A stretch of 64,000 nucleotides of DNA from Podospora anserina (Eukaryota), in assembly GCA_017654855.1 (NCBI GenBank), contig CM030332.1, positions 4,774,001 through 4,838,000 of the forward strand. Direction: 5' to 3'. Position 1 is the first letter of the stretch. Each line of letters begins with the position of its first letter. This document shows positions 26,191 through 37,645 of the stretch, one piece after another. The notes beneath the pieces were generated by a model. The model made no database searches. It saw only the letters and a list, made by a program, of their open reading frames with translations, and was not told the DNA's origin. The translations under genes were made by a program, and so were the position numbers.

Positions 26191-29100
26191 GATGGATGTC
26201 GAACGGATGTTTGTGCCGCGGAAGCTCCGGCACCGAACGGAGGGAAACGAAAAAAGGTGATGTCGCAGGGAAGATGCGGGTTTGGGAGGTAGCCGGAGCG
26301 GAATGAATGCAAAAGACGAGAAACGAAGTGGAGGTGAGGCAGAGGAAGCTTCTTTCTCCTGAATTAATCTTGCCGTGCTGCCTTCTCCGCGCCAAGGGGG
26401 TCCGATGGCCTGGGACTTTGAGGGCTGTTCAGTGTTCGGTCGGTTGCGGCTCCATTAGGCAATGTCGTTTCGGGATACGGAGGCTTCGGGACAGAACAAA
26501 GACGAAGCTCTTTGCTACGGATATAGGTCTGAAGACTGGATGACGCTGGCTGGGGCCGTCCCAAGTTTTGTACGGAGCAGTGCTGGAGCCAAGTAATTCT
26601 TTTTGGTAAAAAGCGCCGTTCGATGCCCCGGCGATCGCTAGGCGAATCGTTGTCTTTCCTGCATCAATCTTTGTAAGTGGAAGACTACACTAAGCTCGCT
26701 GAATCTCTCTCGATGTCCAGCTCGAACGGAGCGGCCTTGCCGGTACAGGCTTGGGTGCAAGACAGTGCCGTGGATGCCCACTTGGCGTGGCGATTCAGTG
26801 ATGCTCCAAATACCCAGTGTTCCCTGTCGAACCTCCACAGTCCGCTTGGCGACTCATTCACTCTGACAGTGTGCTATTTTCAGTCCTGACGAGACGGTGA
26901 CGGTGACGGCGCCGTTCTCTGGCCTGGGCTCTCTGAAGATACCGCCGGCATGTTGTGGTTGTTTCCAAGTCGACCAACATTAGAGGAACTTCCCTTTCGG
27001 GCAACATGGAATGTATAGGTGGACGGGCAACGGAGATTCAAACAAAGCAACTGCACAAAAAAACGTACCTCGATTCCGTCAAAGTACAAGTGACAGCTGG
27101 CAGCTCAAAGCTAAATTCGACTGGAGAACCAAAATGAAGACCTTTAGTAAAAATGATTGCAAAATCAAATCCCAAAAAAACTGCAGTTCGTAAACAACTG
27201 AGAAAAACGAGCTCAGTCAGCACGGCTGACCATACGAGAGGCACCAGATATGTCTCGTATTTGGAATTGCTACTTCCCGTCTTCCGCCCGAAAGCTCCGA
27301 GTTAAAGTACACCTGCCCATCTTACACCTCAATATCAAGACTCTCCCTGTTGTTGTCACTTTCCAGGGACATTTTCAGGCTCTGGCTCTGCATGCAGTGA
27401 TCAATGATCAGTGCGGCTTTCCCGGATCGTTGGACTGGGCTCTGCAGTCTCAGGATCTCTCTTGACCATCAGGAAGAAAGTCCCTTGGTCGATCCCAGGT
27501 AAGCCAGATCATCCCGCTCCGACAAGCGAGACGTGCAGCGAGTGCCACCGTGTCATGCACCTACAAAAGCCCACCCCACGACATCATCAGTGCAGGATAT
27601 GCAGCACACCATCACCCAGCACAGAGGCGCTATTCTTTTAGTGTCTTCTCCCGCCTGGCTATCGGCAGCAATTCTCCAGCTTTTTGCTGTCTTTTCTCTC
27701 CGGACACGCTTGCTGCTTGCTCCCCAGTCCTGCATTGCATCACCGGTTCTCAGATGTCGTTGGCAGTTAACGCTGCCCAGCAAAGAAGACCCCGCGATTA
27801 CTTGGCATAGAGGGCAGGGGGGTCTGGATTGGTCAAAAGTTTGCTTGGATGACGATGGGGTCCGGTGAAAAACCTCTTGTCGCCAATCGATGAGCCGCCA
27901 GATCCTTTCCCGCCCGACGAACCTCCAGCCTCCGCCTCTTCGGGGTGATGACGCTCTCGATTTCAGGTAGTGTACTCCGTAGCACGTTGTCACTGCGCTG
28001 CGATGGCTCATCAGCCAACAGATTTCCCTCACCTTCACCACCTGAAACCTCTTCGGGAAATTCCACAAACTGTCATGGGATTTGTTCACCAACGGTACCA
28101 AGCCCCGCCAGCATCAGCAAGCTGGAAGCGCTAGAACCGCAGGTCGGTCCCCACGTTGCCGTCCCCTGTCCGGCACCACTTTCCGATGCGATCCCAAGAA
28201 CTGGGCACTTCTGGGCGTTGCTGGGCATCGCTGATGAATATCAATGAGTTTGAATACGCGCGGCCATGGCGGTCAAGATGAATCCGTAATCAACTTGATT
28301 GTGCTGCGGTTGCCGCCGCCGAGAAGCTTTTTATGTTGGATTCGTGTAGCCAAGGTCTCATTGAGTGAGGCTTGGGAATAGGAAGGTGAGGCCAATACGA
28401 GCTTGGGTAAGACAAATCACCGAAGCAGCGGCTGTCGGTGCTGGCGTATTCGCACCAGCGCCTGTGGGGAATCCATCCCATCCAGAATCCTGGACCTGAG
28501 ACGTTATCTACACAGCGAGGCGGCATTGTCGTTGGCTGCCTATGCACGCTGTTTCTATTTGCCTGGATTCTTTCGTTTTGGATCACCACTTGTCTATATG
28601 TTGCACAAAGTGTATTGAGTGAAGAAGGGTTGCACTGATTTTGGTTCTGATTAATGAGGTTCCTCTTCTTGTCTTGGGCCTACAATAATTGGCACCCACG
28701 AACACTCCACCACTTCATCGTGGCAGACAGGCGCTACCCTGGGAGACGACGACGGTCAATTTTCCGGGAGTTCCCAGCCACCCGCGGACCCGACCTCGTT
28801 GGCTTTGGCCTTTCAAAGACACCTTTTGCCGAAGCCGGAACAATCTCCATCAAACTTACGTCATCGTCCCCTTGCTAGATTTCAACACCAGCTATGAACT
28901 GATCACAGCCATCACCAGCTCTGTACGTCCGTTACATGGTGTAGTCTGTTGGTCTCAAGACATGCACTTCGTCTATCAATTTCCCTCGTTTCCTAGAGTC
29001 TTGAGTCTTGATCACGAGGGGTATACCGAACGCTCAATGGCATCATTCGTTCAGACGCCTGGACAAATTTGTGATACTGAAGGGTCCAGCTGACAGGTTA

Positions 29101-31018
29101 CACCTCCATTCCCGCCCCTCCATCTGACTCCCACCTTTTCAAGAAAGCCTCTCATGCGGGTAGGACGCGCCTAGATTAACCAGCGGGAGCAAGGGGCGGA
29201 CGGGAGGCTTCGCCTTGTCGATATTTGCGGCGTCCATGGTGACGCTGTGCCACCGGTGTTACCAAGATATCGAGCACGGTAGCGTTTGAGTCCGGCAGGT
29301 GATCCCGATAGCCATTGCCTATCACTTCTGGTGTGGTTGGATGCCTCTTTAATTACTTTGACCAGGTACTTGTTGGGCGATTGCCGCACTACCTATCTTT
29401 TCAAGTGTAATTAAGACTTCTATACGAACAGGTATTTAAGCGGTTTGAACACTCCTACGCCCCTCTAAAGTTGCAAGCTCAGCATTTTGGCAGCGAGCAA
29501 TCTTCGTCATATTTCTGTACAGGAGACAGGCTTCACCACAGCAAGACGGTTGTTCAGTATCTTCGTATTTCCTTTAGCGTTGGCACCGCCTGATCATAAC
29601 AAATTCCCAGCTCCCAAAAATATATGTAAAATAAGATCCAGATCAATGCCAATACATTGTCTTACCGAACACTGTTAGACAAGGTCTTATCTCCAGTGAA
29701 GCTCCGGGTTCCTGACATGTTGTGTATTCGAGACTCGATCGAGATTGGTCTCCTCTCAAACCCAGGCTTCAGATGCATGATGCCTCTATCAAACACAGCC
29801 ATCCTCCAGCTGCCCCTCCATTGTCTTCTCTTAATGGTTCTATCAGAAGAAGCATTTACACACGCATTTTACCTTCATCCCCCAAGATGACATGCCATTT
29901 CATACACCCTTGGCCTTCGCAAATCCTTCTATTTTATAAGATTTGATGGCGAACCATGAAAATAACCAGCCACCGCCTCTTGCTTCAACAATACTGCAAG
30001 GGCTCCAGACTCAATCCTCTTGCCAGGATGACTTCAACCTCACAATTGTTCGCCGCCCCGACCGCCGTTTTGCTCTCGTACTCGGGTCGACGACTCAATT
30101 ACGTGCTTGACGCAGCCATCCGGATCCATCTGTTTCAACAAACAGAACAACCCCTCAATACGTTCAAACTCTGTCGATCGGAGATGTCTCACAGGGCAAA
30201 ATGATTGGAAGAGGGAAGGGTTCGAGGAGGAAAAAGCAATCGGGATGGAGCCGACGGTGCCGGAGGCGTTCGGTACACCAATTGACCCCTCCAAAACCCG
30301 CCAGGTTGGGAAGGCGATGTCCCCAAATCGAACGCGCTATCGCGGTCCAAAACGCCCTGTCAACCCAGTCGGCCGGCACGCGTGCACAGGGCAGGTGCTG
30401 CCCCCCAGCCAGTGTTGTGCAACTGAACTTGTTGAATGGTGGAAGTGAGACCCAGCTTGTGATGTTTTCTTTTTCTGTGGGTTGAACTCAGGTTCAGTTC
30501 GCTCCTCCGCCGTTGTCCTGCACATTTGTTGCTCCTTGCTTCCCTCCTCGTCGCTTTTTTCCATGCGAAGCTTCCAGGTTGACGTGAAGGTTGCCTCGCC
30601 AGGCCAATTTTTGTTGTTTTGCTTGCTGCACACGCCCAGTGCCGACTGACCACCAGTCCGCCGCGTTTGGACCCGCCTGGCTCGAGTCCTTCGTCCCCCT
30701 CAACTCGACGTGACCCGCTTCCCAACCTGCGCGCGCTCGCTTTTCGCCCGACGCGATCCCGTGAGGATTTGGCAATCAACTGCCACTCTCCGTCCGTGGG
30801 CGACGTGTTTCTTCGCTTCCTGTCGAATGCGCCGGAGAAAAAAAAAAGGGCGTATCCCACTTTTCCTATAACCACCGCGATCGCTTTTCATTGCTCTTCA
30901 TCAAAAGGCTGCCGCCACCAACGCCGCGCCGTTGCGGAGCTCCGACCTTTGAGACAACTGTAGAGCGCAAGTGGCAGGGCCATCAGTGCCGTAAATATAT
31001 CCATACCTTTTCTTTGCG

Positions 31019-34000
31019 ATGGACTCGTTTGGGGAGGATTCGCAGCCGACTCAAGGTTTGTTTGTTTTGATCTGCCGAAGCCCCTTTTCTCCTGCGTGTT
31101 TCTTAGTTCTAATCTGATTGACCCCTTTCTGCGCAGCGACGCAAAACGTCGTGGATCCGAGACGGCTGGGACAGCAGAACTCGGGCTTCTCAGATACAGA
31201 CATCGCCGACATAATATGTCTTCTTGTTCCGCAGTCGGATGCTGCACGCCGAGAAATCAGAAGAATCAGACTCCGAACACCAGAGCACACGGTTGGGAGG
31301 GATGAGGCGCTCAACTTGGATGTGGAAGAGGATGGGGAGGATGTAATTGGGGGCCAGGGCTTTCCGGGACATGGTGTAGGGGAGTATCACATTGCGCTGA
31401 GGTTTTCCACCGAGATTAAGAGTGCTGTAAATGGCTTCACCTTTGGACGAAACGAAAGTCGTTGCGACATTGTTTTCGAAGACGATCCGATGCGACGGCT
31501 GAGCAACACCCACTTCCGCATCTACCTCAACGACCACGGGGTTTTGATGATTGAGGACATGTCGACAAACGGCACCGTTGTTGATGAGCAGCTCTTACGA
31601 CGAAAGGGCGAGCCACCGCTCGATGTGAAGAGGACACTAAGGAGCGGTTCGAATATTAAGATTCTGATGCATGAGGAGGCAAGAGACCTCAAGTTCAGGG
31701 TCTGGATACCAATCCGGCAGGGCTACTCAAATGAAGCCTACAAGCAAAACTTACGAACATACATTTCAAATCGAGCAGCACTCACGGTAGATGTGAACGC
31801 AACCATCGTGCCCGGCCCTGGTGGGCGTGTAAGCTCATCCCCCTCCTTTTGGAAATCCAACCGTGGCCACGTGAGTAACTTGACATGTAGGTTGACATAT
31901 TCAAGCCCGCGGCACCCAGAGCAGCTCCTGCGCAAAGGCAAACGCCCAACAACCCGGTAGCTGTTCGTCGGGCACAGCCAGGTCCTTCAGATCAACAAGA
32001 TACCGATGATATCTTTGATGGTCTTCCAAAGGCGTGGGGTGGGTCGCAAAAGTATAACCGTGTGGGTGAGGTGGGCAGAGGCGCCTTCGCTACCGTCTAC
32101 AAGGTGACCTCGAGGTTCAGCGGTGAACCTTATGCGGCCAAAGAACTCGACAAGCGGAAGTTCATGAAGAACGGCGTCTTGGACCAGAAGGTTGAGAACG
32201 AAATGCGCATCATGCAAAAAGTCAAACATGTCAGCCTCCGCCATTCTTGAGTTCTGTTTTGCACAATTACTGACACCGCAACAGCCAAACATTGTAGAAT
32301 ACGTCGAGCATCTCGACTGGGATAACCGGCTGTTGATCATTATTATGGAATATGTCGGCAAAGGAGATCTCGGGAGGATGATCTCGGAGTATGGGCCTCT
32401 CACCGAGGACACCACGAGGACCATGGCAACCCAGCTGCTGGATGCCTTGGATTATCTTCACAAGATGAACATCACCCACCGTGATGTGAAGCCGGACAAC
32501 ATTCTAGTGAGCTCACATGATCCATTTGTGGTCAAGCTCACGGATTTTGGGCTTTCCAAGATGATTGATCACGACCAGACGTTTCTCAGGACCTTTTGTG
32601 GTACCCTCCTGTATTGCGCCCCTGAAGTATACTCGGAATATGCCGAATACGATAGCAGAGGCAGACGGCATCCCCGAAATCGACGTCTCCACCCACAAAC
32701 TGGTCAGAGATACGATCACGCGGTTGACATTTGGTCCTTGGGAGGCGTTCTTTTCTACACAATGACGAAATCACCCCCCTTTCCGGCTCAAAGCGGAGCT
32801 AGTCACTCGGCGCTCCTTCATCAGATCATGACCAAACCCCTCAACATAGCACCCCTTCAACAAGCCCAAATCTCAGAAGAGGGTATCAAGTTCATCCAGG
32901 GCATGCTCGACCGTAAACCAGAGAACCGAGCAACGATTGAAGCGCTCCAGCAGCACCCCTGGATTCAGCCGCCTCCGCCACCGCAGGTCGATGAAGTATC
33001 CGACCAGGAGCTCAGCTTCAATGCTTCACAGCTCAGCATCCAGGATCAAGACTTGCAGATGCCGTTTGAGGACCATCTGATTCCAGCCAGCGACGATGAA
33101 GATCTCCCTGATCAGGAGCCAGTTCCAACCGGCGGATACGAGTCCGAGAAGGAGAACTACACATTTGGAGCCGGTAACCAGCCACAGCCTCAACCTCAAC
33201 GTCTCTTTGGAGAAGTAAATCCGTCGGCTATGGGGAGTCAAGGCGCGGTGGCGGCCCATCGTCTGAATCTGCCGGTGTCCAAAGACAGCTTTGCGTCAAG
33301 CGCATCGACGGAGATTTTAGGATCCGACAATGAAATCAAGGACAGCTTTGAGTCTGACCAACACTCCACACCGCGGCAGAAGAAGCAGTTCTCGCAAATT
33401 CCCTCTGTCGGTCTGGAGGAAGGGTCCTTCTCGCTCAGCCAGAGCAGATCCACGGAGGACCTCAACACCAAGACCTTTGATGTGGCATCACAGAGCTTGG
33501 GGGGCGCCGAGTCCATCCTGGAGAATCTTAATATGAAGTCACGCGTCGGCTCCCTCCTTGCCTCTCGTGGAAGTGAGGTGAACTCCAGCAAACGCAAGCA
33601 GGATTCATCCAGCGAAGATGAGGCTCAGCGAGGGCCTGTATCCGATGGGCGCGGTCTGAAGAGGTTTCGATCAGACCCCACAACGGTTCAAAAGCAACAA
33701 CAACAGCAGCAGCAGCAGCAGCAAGAAGTCGCCATTCGCACGCTCGATAGGAAGGACTTCGATTTGATGTCGCAAATCCCATCGATTCCTAAGCAGTCGG
33801 TGCAGATCGACATTCCAGTCCACAAGGCTACATACTGGCTGGCTAATGACAGGAGCACCTGGCATCTGACGTACCCCGAGATGACACAGCTACAGTTCGA
33901 CGCCTTCAAAACGGCAGCCAAAGCCAGAGGAGAAGACTTTGCTCCAGGCAAAACCCCTCTTTGGGACCTGGCAATGAAGTACTTCCCACCCACCAATCGG

Positions 34001-34990
34001 GAGCGGCCAGGCAAGATCAGAAGGACCTTTGAAGATTCCGGAGACCACACGATGCCGTCTACTGCAATCGAATCCCAGGCGAGTCAGCATGTCGAGATCC
34101 CAGACACCCAGGACGCGTATACCACCATGGCTATGCACTCAGAGCGGATGAAGCCAGTGATTGCGTGTTTGAAGTCAACACCCAGTTCAGTGGTTCACTT
34201 CATTCAGGTCCTGGTAACCGAGTGCATGATCTCCTGGGGCCGTTCAGTCGACAACACTCGCTCGTACGAGCCCAAATCGGAGAGCAGAGTCCCAAAATAC
34301 GCATTCAAGCTCCTCCTGTGGAAGAACAACTTTGATGCGACCATCAACAGGAACTGGCGGCCTTGGAACAAGCGCTACGAGCCTGACGAGGAGGAGTTCA
34401 TGTTTTACATTTGCACCAAGGCGACCAACGGCATCTGGATCAACGGCGAGAAATTGCGCTCTCACCTGAACGAGAACAAGAAAGCCGACGGCCCTTACAA
34501 GTACTGGGCTCCCCTCTACGACGGCGACCGCGTCTCCGTCTGGCAGACCATCGACGGCAATTCCAGAACCGAGCTCACCTTTCGTTGCGTCTGGGGAGGC
34601 AGCGCGAAACCTCGTCCCGGCTACGGTCCTCAAGCTATCCCAACCATGGTCGACACGGACACTGCCCGCCAACTGGATCACCTCTGCGACAAGATTGAGC
34701 GCAAGATGCGCAGTCTGAACGAGCACGACCTCTGTATGGAGGAGGCGGAGTATGACATGAACGAACGCCACAAGCACATTGACCGGGAGAGGGAAAAGTC
34801 GAAGCAGTTTGAGAAGCTGAGGAGGCAGGCGGACAGGGGTGGGAGGAGGCCGAGCCCGATGCCGGGGATCACGTATGGGAATGCGGATTCCACGCCGGCG
34901 ATGTGGACTAGTCAGTTCAGAGGGGGGGTGCCTGTTTTTAGGAGGCCGAGTCCGACTGCTTCGGATTTGTTGAGGGCTGCGAGGTATTGA
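31019..34990 (+). CDS. Rad53/Chk2(Cds1)-family checkpoint kinase: N-terminal SQ/TQ motifs, FHA domain, Ser/Thr kinase domain, C-terminal FHA-like domain (4 exons)
   Basis: Exon 1 is MDSFGEDSQPTQ (31019-31055). FHA motifs FTFGRN...LSNTHFRI...DMSTNGT. Kinase motifs GRGAFATVYK, YAAKE, HRDVKPDN, DFGLSK, FCGTLLYCAPE. Second FHA-like region SWGRS...TKATNGIWING. Confidence 0.9.
33695..33724 (+). repeat. CAA/CAG tract encoding poly-Gln (10 Q) in the kinase
   Basis: caacaacaacagcagcagcagcagcagcaa, in frame. Confidence 0.9.
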
Positions 34991-36084
34991 TTGTGGTTTT
35001 GGAGAGAAGAAAAAAACATGATACCCGGTGGAGGTGTTTTTTTTTTTTTTGGTACGATTGTTGGAAGGTTTGTTGGAACTGTTTGGTGTGAGAGAAGGGA
35101 GGGGTGGGTTTTATGCATATTATTATACAGCACACAGTCGTTACGGTATAGCTTTGTTGGAAAGGGGTGTTTTATATCTGTTATAGGGTTGGATGAATGT
35201 TTGGGCGCAAAATTCATACATATCTCGTATTGTATTGTCATCTAGTTTTTTGGGGAGGGGGTTGTTAGTGGATGGATGGCTTGATGGATGTGGTTGTTTC
35301 TGGGTGTTTGTTTTGTTGACTGGTACTAGAGATCTATATTTTTATGTTGGAAGGATATGATGACGAGCTTGGTTTGTGTGGTTTGGGGAAGTGGTGATAG
35401 TGTCGAGATGGTTCGATAAGGAGGCTGGACTGGAAAGAGATGTTTCAAAACATGAAAATACAATATATATATCAGACTAGGTGCTATCTAGATGGTTTCA
35501 GTCATGTGTTTTTTTTTCCTGAGGGATTTTCTTGTGCCAGGTTGTCTTGGCTTGATGGGATGAATACATTTGGCACTCTTAGGGGGTGGGGTGTACGGTT
35601 GTTCCTTGCAATCATCCAGGCACATCTTAACATGAGACTTGCCTGTTTGTTACTTTGATTCAACCCTTTTATTTGGCATTGTGCATCAATCAAGGTATCA
35701 CACTCGCTCTTCCCCCTCTTCCTGAGGTCTTCTTTTCGGAAATACTTGCACCGGAATCTACTTGTGTTAAAGAGGGATCGATCATCAGATACAGCAAGCA
35801 AAATCACCCCAGCCCGTGGAACACACATGCTGTCTTCATCATCCTTTTGGACACTGTTCTTCAAAACGGCATTCTTCCACAATCTTCTATATGCCCCAGA
35901 TGTTACAAATTTCATCCTGTTCACGTGACCATGTTTGATGCCTGATTTCGGATTTCTCAGAACAATCTTAGTCAATGCTATAGAGAGAGATATCAGGGCC
36001 TGGTGTTTCTCTCATGTTTTTTTTTTTGCGTACCTACCATTACCATTGTGTCATATTGGGGTCTTCCTCCGCAAGAGTGACTGA

Positions 36085-36945
36085 GAGGTGATATGCACTT
36101 GCACAAGACTTTGGTGTCAACACAGAAGTGCTTTATAAGACCTTTTTGATCAAGATAACAGGACTTGTGTATGACTTTCTTGATAGGATGAAGGACTTTC
36201 ATAGGATCATTGAAGAAGATAACAGTGCTTGTTATGACTTTTCGAAGAAGATAGTGTGCCTCATGGTGGTTCTTGTCACGATTGGTGTGTTATATCAAAC
36301 AGCCCAAATTGAAGGGGGAAAAGAGAGTTGTATTTCTTTAGCTATGATAAGGTCTCAAACTTCCAATTTAAACCACCCAAAGGTGAGTCCATTACACCTT
36401 GCCACAGCAATGCCTCCTTTCCTTGCGACGAGCACCGCCGAATCGCCATAGTGATTACCGTAAGTGTACCAGGTGAGCGGAGGCGTAACGAGACGTGGTG
36501 ATAATCGTATGTAAACTACTATCGGCGATAAGGTGGTATAGAAATCGAAGGTGTGATGCCAAAAGCGTGTATGGTACAATGTGTGTGGTGATGACGGTGT
36601 TGAACTGTCAAATCGATGCGCAGCGAGAAAAAAAACCCTCCAAACTTCCAAAATAAGCTGGCAGCCCTCGTGCAAGGAATTTTCCGCAAAGACAGTAATG
36701 CTTTACATGTAATCTTTTTACAAGAGTAGCAGCGGTCAACAAATGAATTTTTCGTCAAGGTAACAGCGCATGCAAATGACTGTTATGGGAAAATTGTAGC
36801 GCTCGCGGTTGAGCTTTTCTGTCAAGATAGAACCGCTTGTAAATGAAATTTGGTTACCACAGCAGCGCTTGCACAAGAGTTGTATGAAAATAGCACCGCT
36901 TGCACAAGATATCAAAATCAAGACAGCAGCCCTTACCAGTGATAT
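36085..36945. repeat. Degenerate tandem repeat A, about 33-bp unit, in two blocks (about 36085-36280, 6 units; about 36655-36945, 9 units)
   Basis: Approximate consensus TCAAGATAGCAGCGCTTGCA(A/C)A(T/A)GA(A/C)TTTT. Block 2 unit starts: 36661, 36695, 36729, 36763, 36796, 36830, 36862, 36893, 36926. Block 1 CTT anchors: 36098, 36131, 36164, 36196, 36228, about 36260. Confidence 0.75.
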
Positions 36946-37645
36946 CTCTGATTAAAGCTTGGATTGGTCAAAATAAAGTTGGGATGGGTTCTTTAAATAT
37001 CATGGCTTGCATAATGTAGGGTAGAATTGTTCTGGTTGTGTCCTGCTACTACGACACATCTGAAATCCAGGACGGAGTCCCAGAGCGTCTGCATTCTGGT
37101 TCCTCCAGAGGATCAAGAATTTGACTTTGTCTCATTTTGACTGCCATCATGTTAGATTTGATCGGTTCGAGCCAATACTAAACTCACCATCAAGCGGATG
37201 AATGGTTCTTTGAGAGGCTCTCCTGTTAACTCCCTTGTTTGACTCTTTCTAAGGACCTCTGTCCCAATCGTAGCAGATGAGGTACTTGGGTTCTCATCGC
37301 AATAGTCAATACGCAGGTCAAACACCCTATAACGCAAAGCATGCATTTTGCAGTGAACTTTACACACCCAACACGATATACTGTACAGCTATACCCGCAC
37401 TTCTAATAACTGTGACTGTCCCAAACCCTTCCTAGACAACTTTTAACGCTGCCCATCTTTAACAATACACCTATCGATACAACTCGCCCCTTTTTGCTGA
37501 CCCTGAACGCCTTCGAACTGATATCATACACTAATTCTACACCCAAACTTTCCTTATCCCACTCGTTCCTCATATCGTAACACCCAGCCCATCCATCCTG
37601 CATTCCCTGTCCTCTTTCCGGCTCTAGAAAGGCACAAAACGCCTT

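Noticed and set aside
29660-29870. Minus-strand peptide 'ASSDRTIKRRQW' resembling a WD40/HNWD repeat
   Set aside because: It is a single short match with no repeat or other WD features, so it is probably coincidental.
35502-36758. ORFs of 157, 107 and 106 aa in the array-A region
   Set aside because: They have no recognisable motifs, mostly non-ATG starts, and overlap or adjoin a non-triplet repeat, so they are likely chance ORFs.
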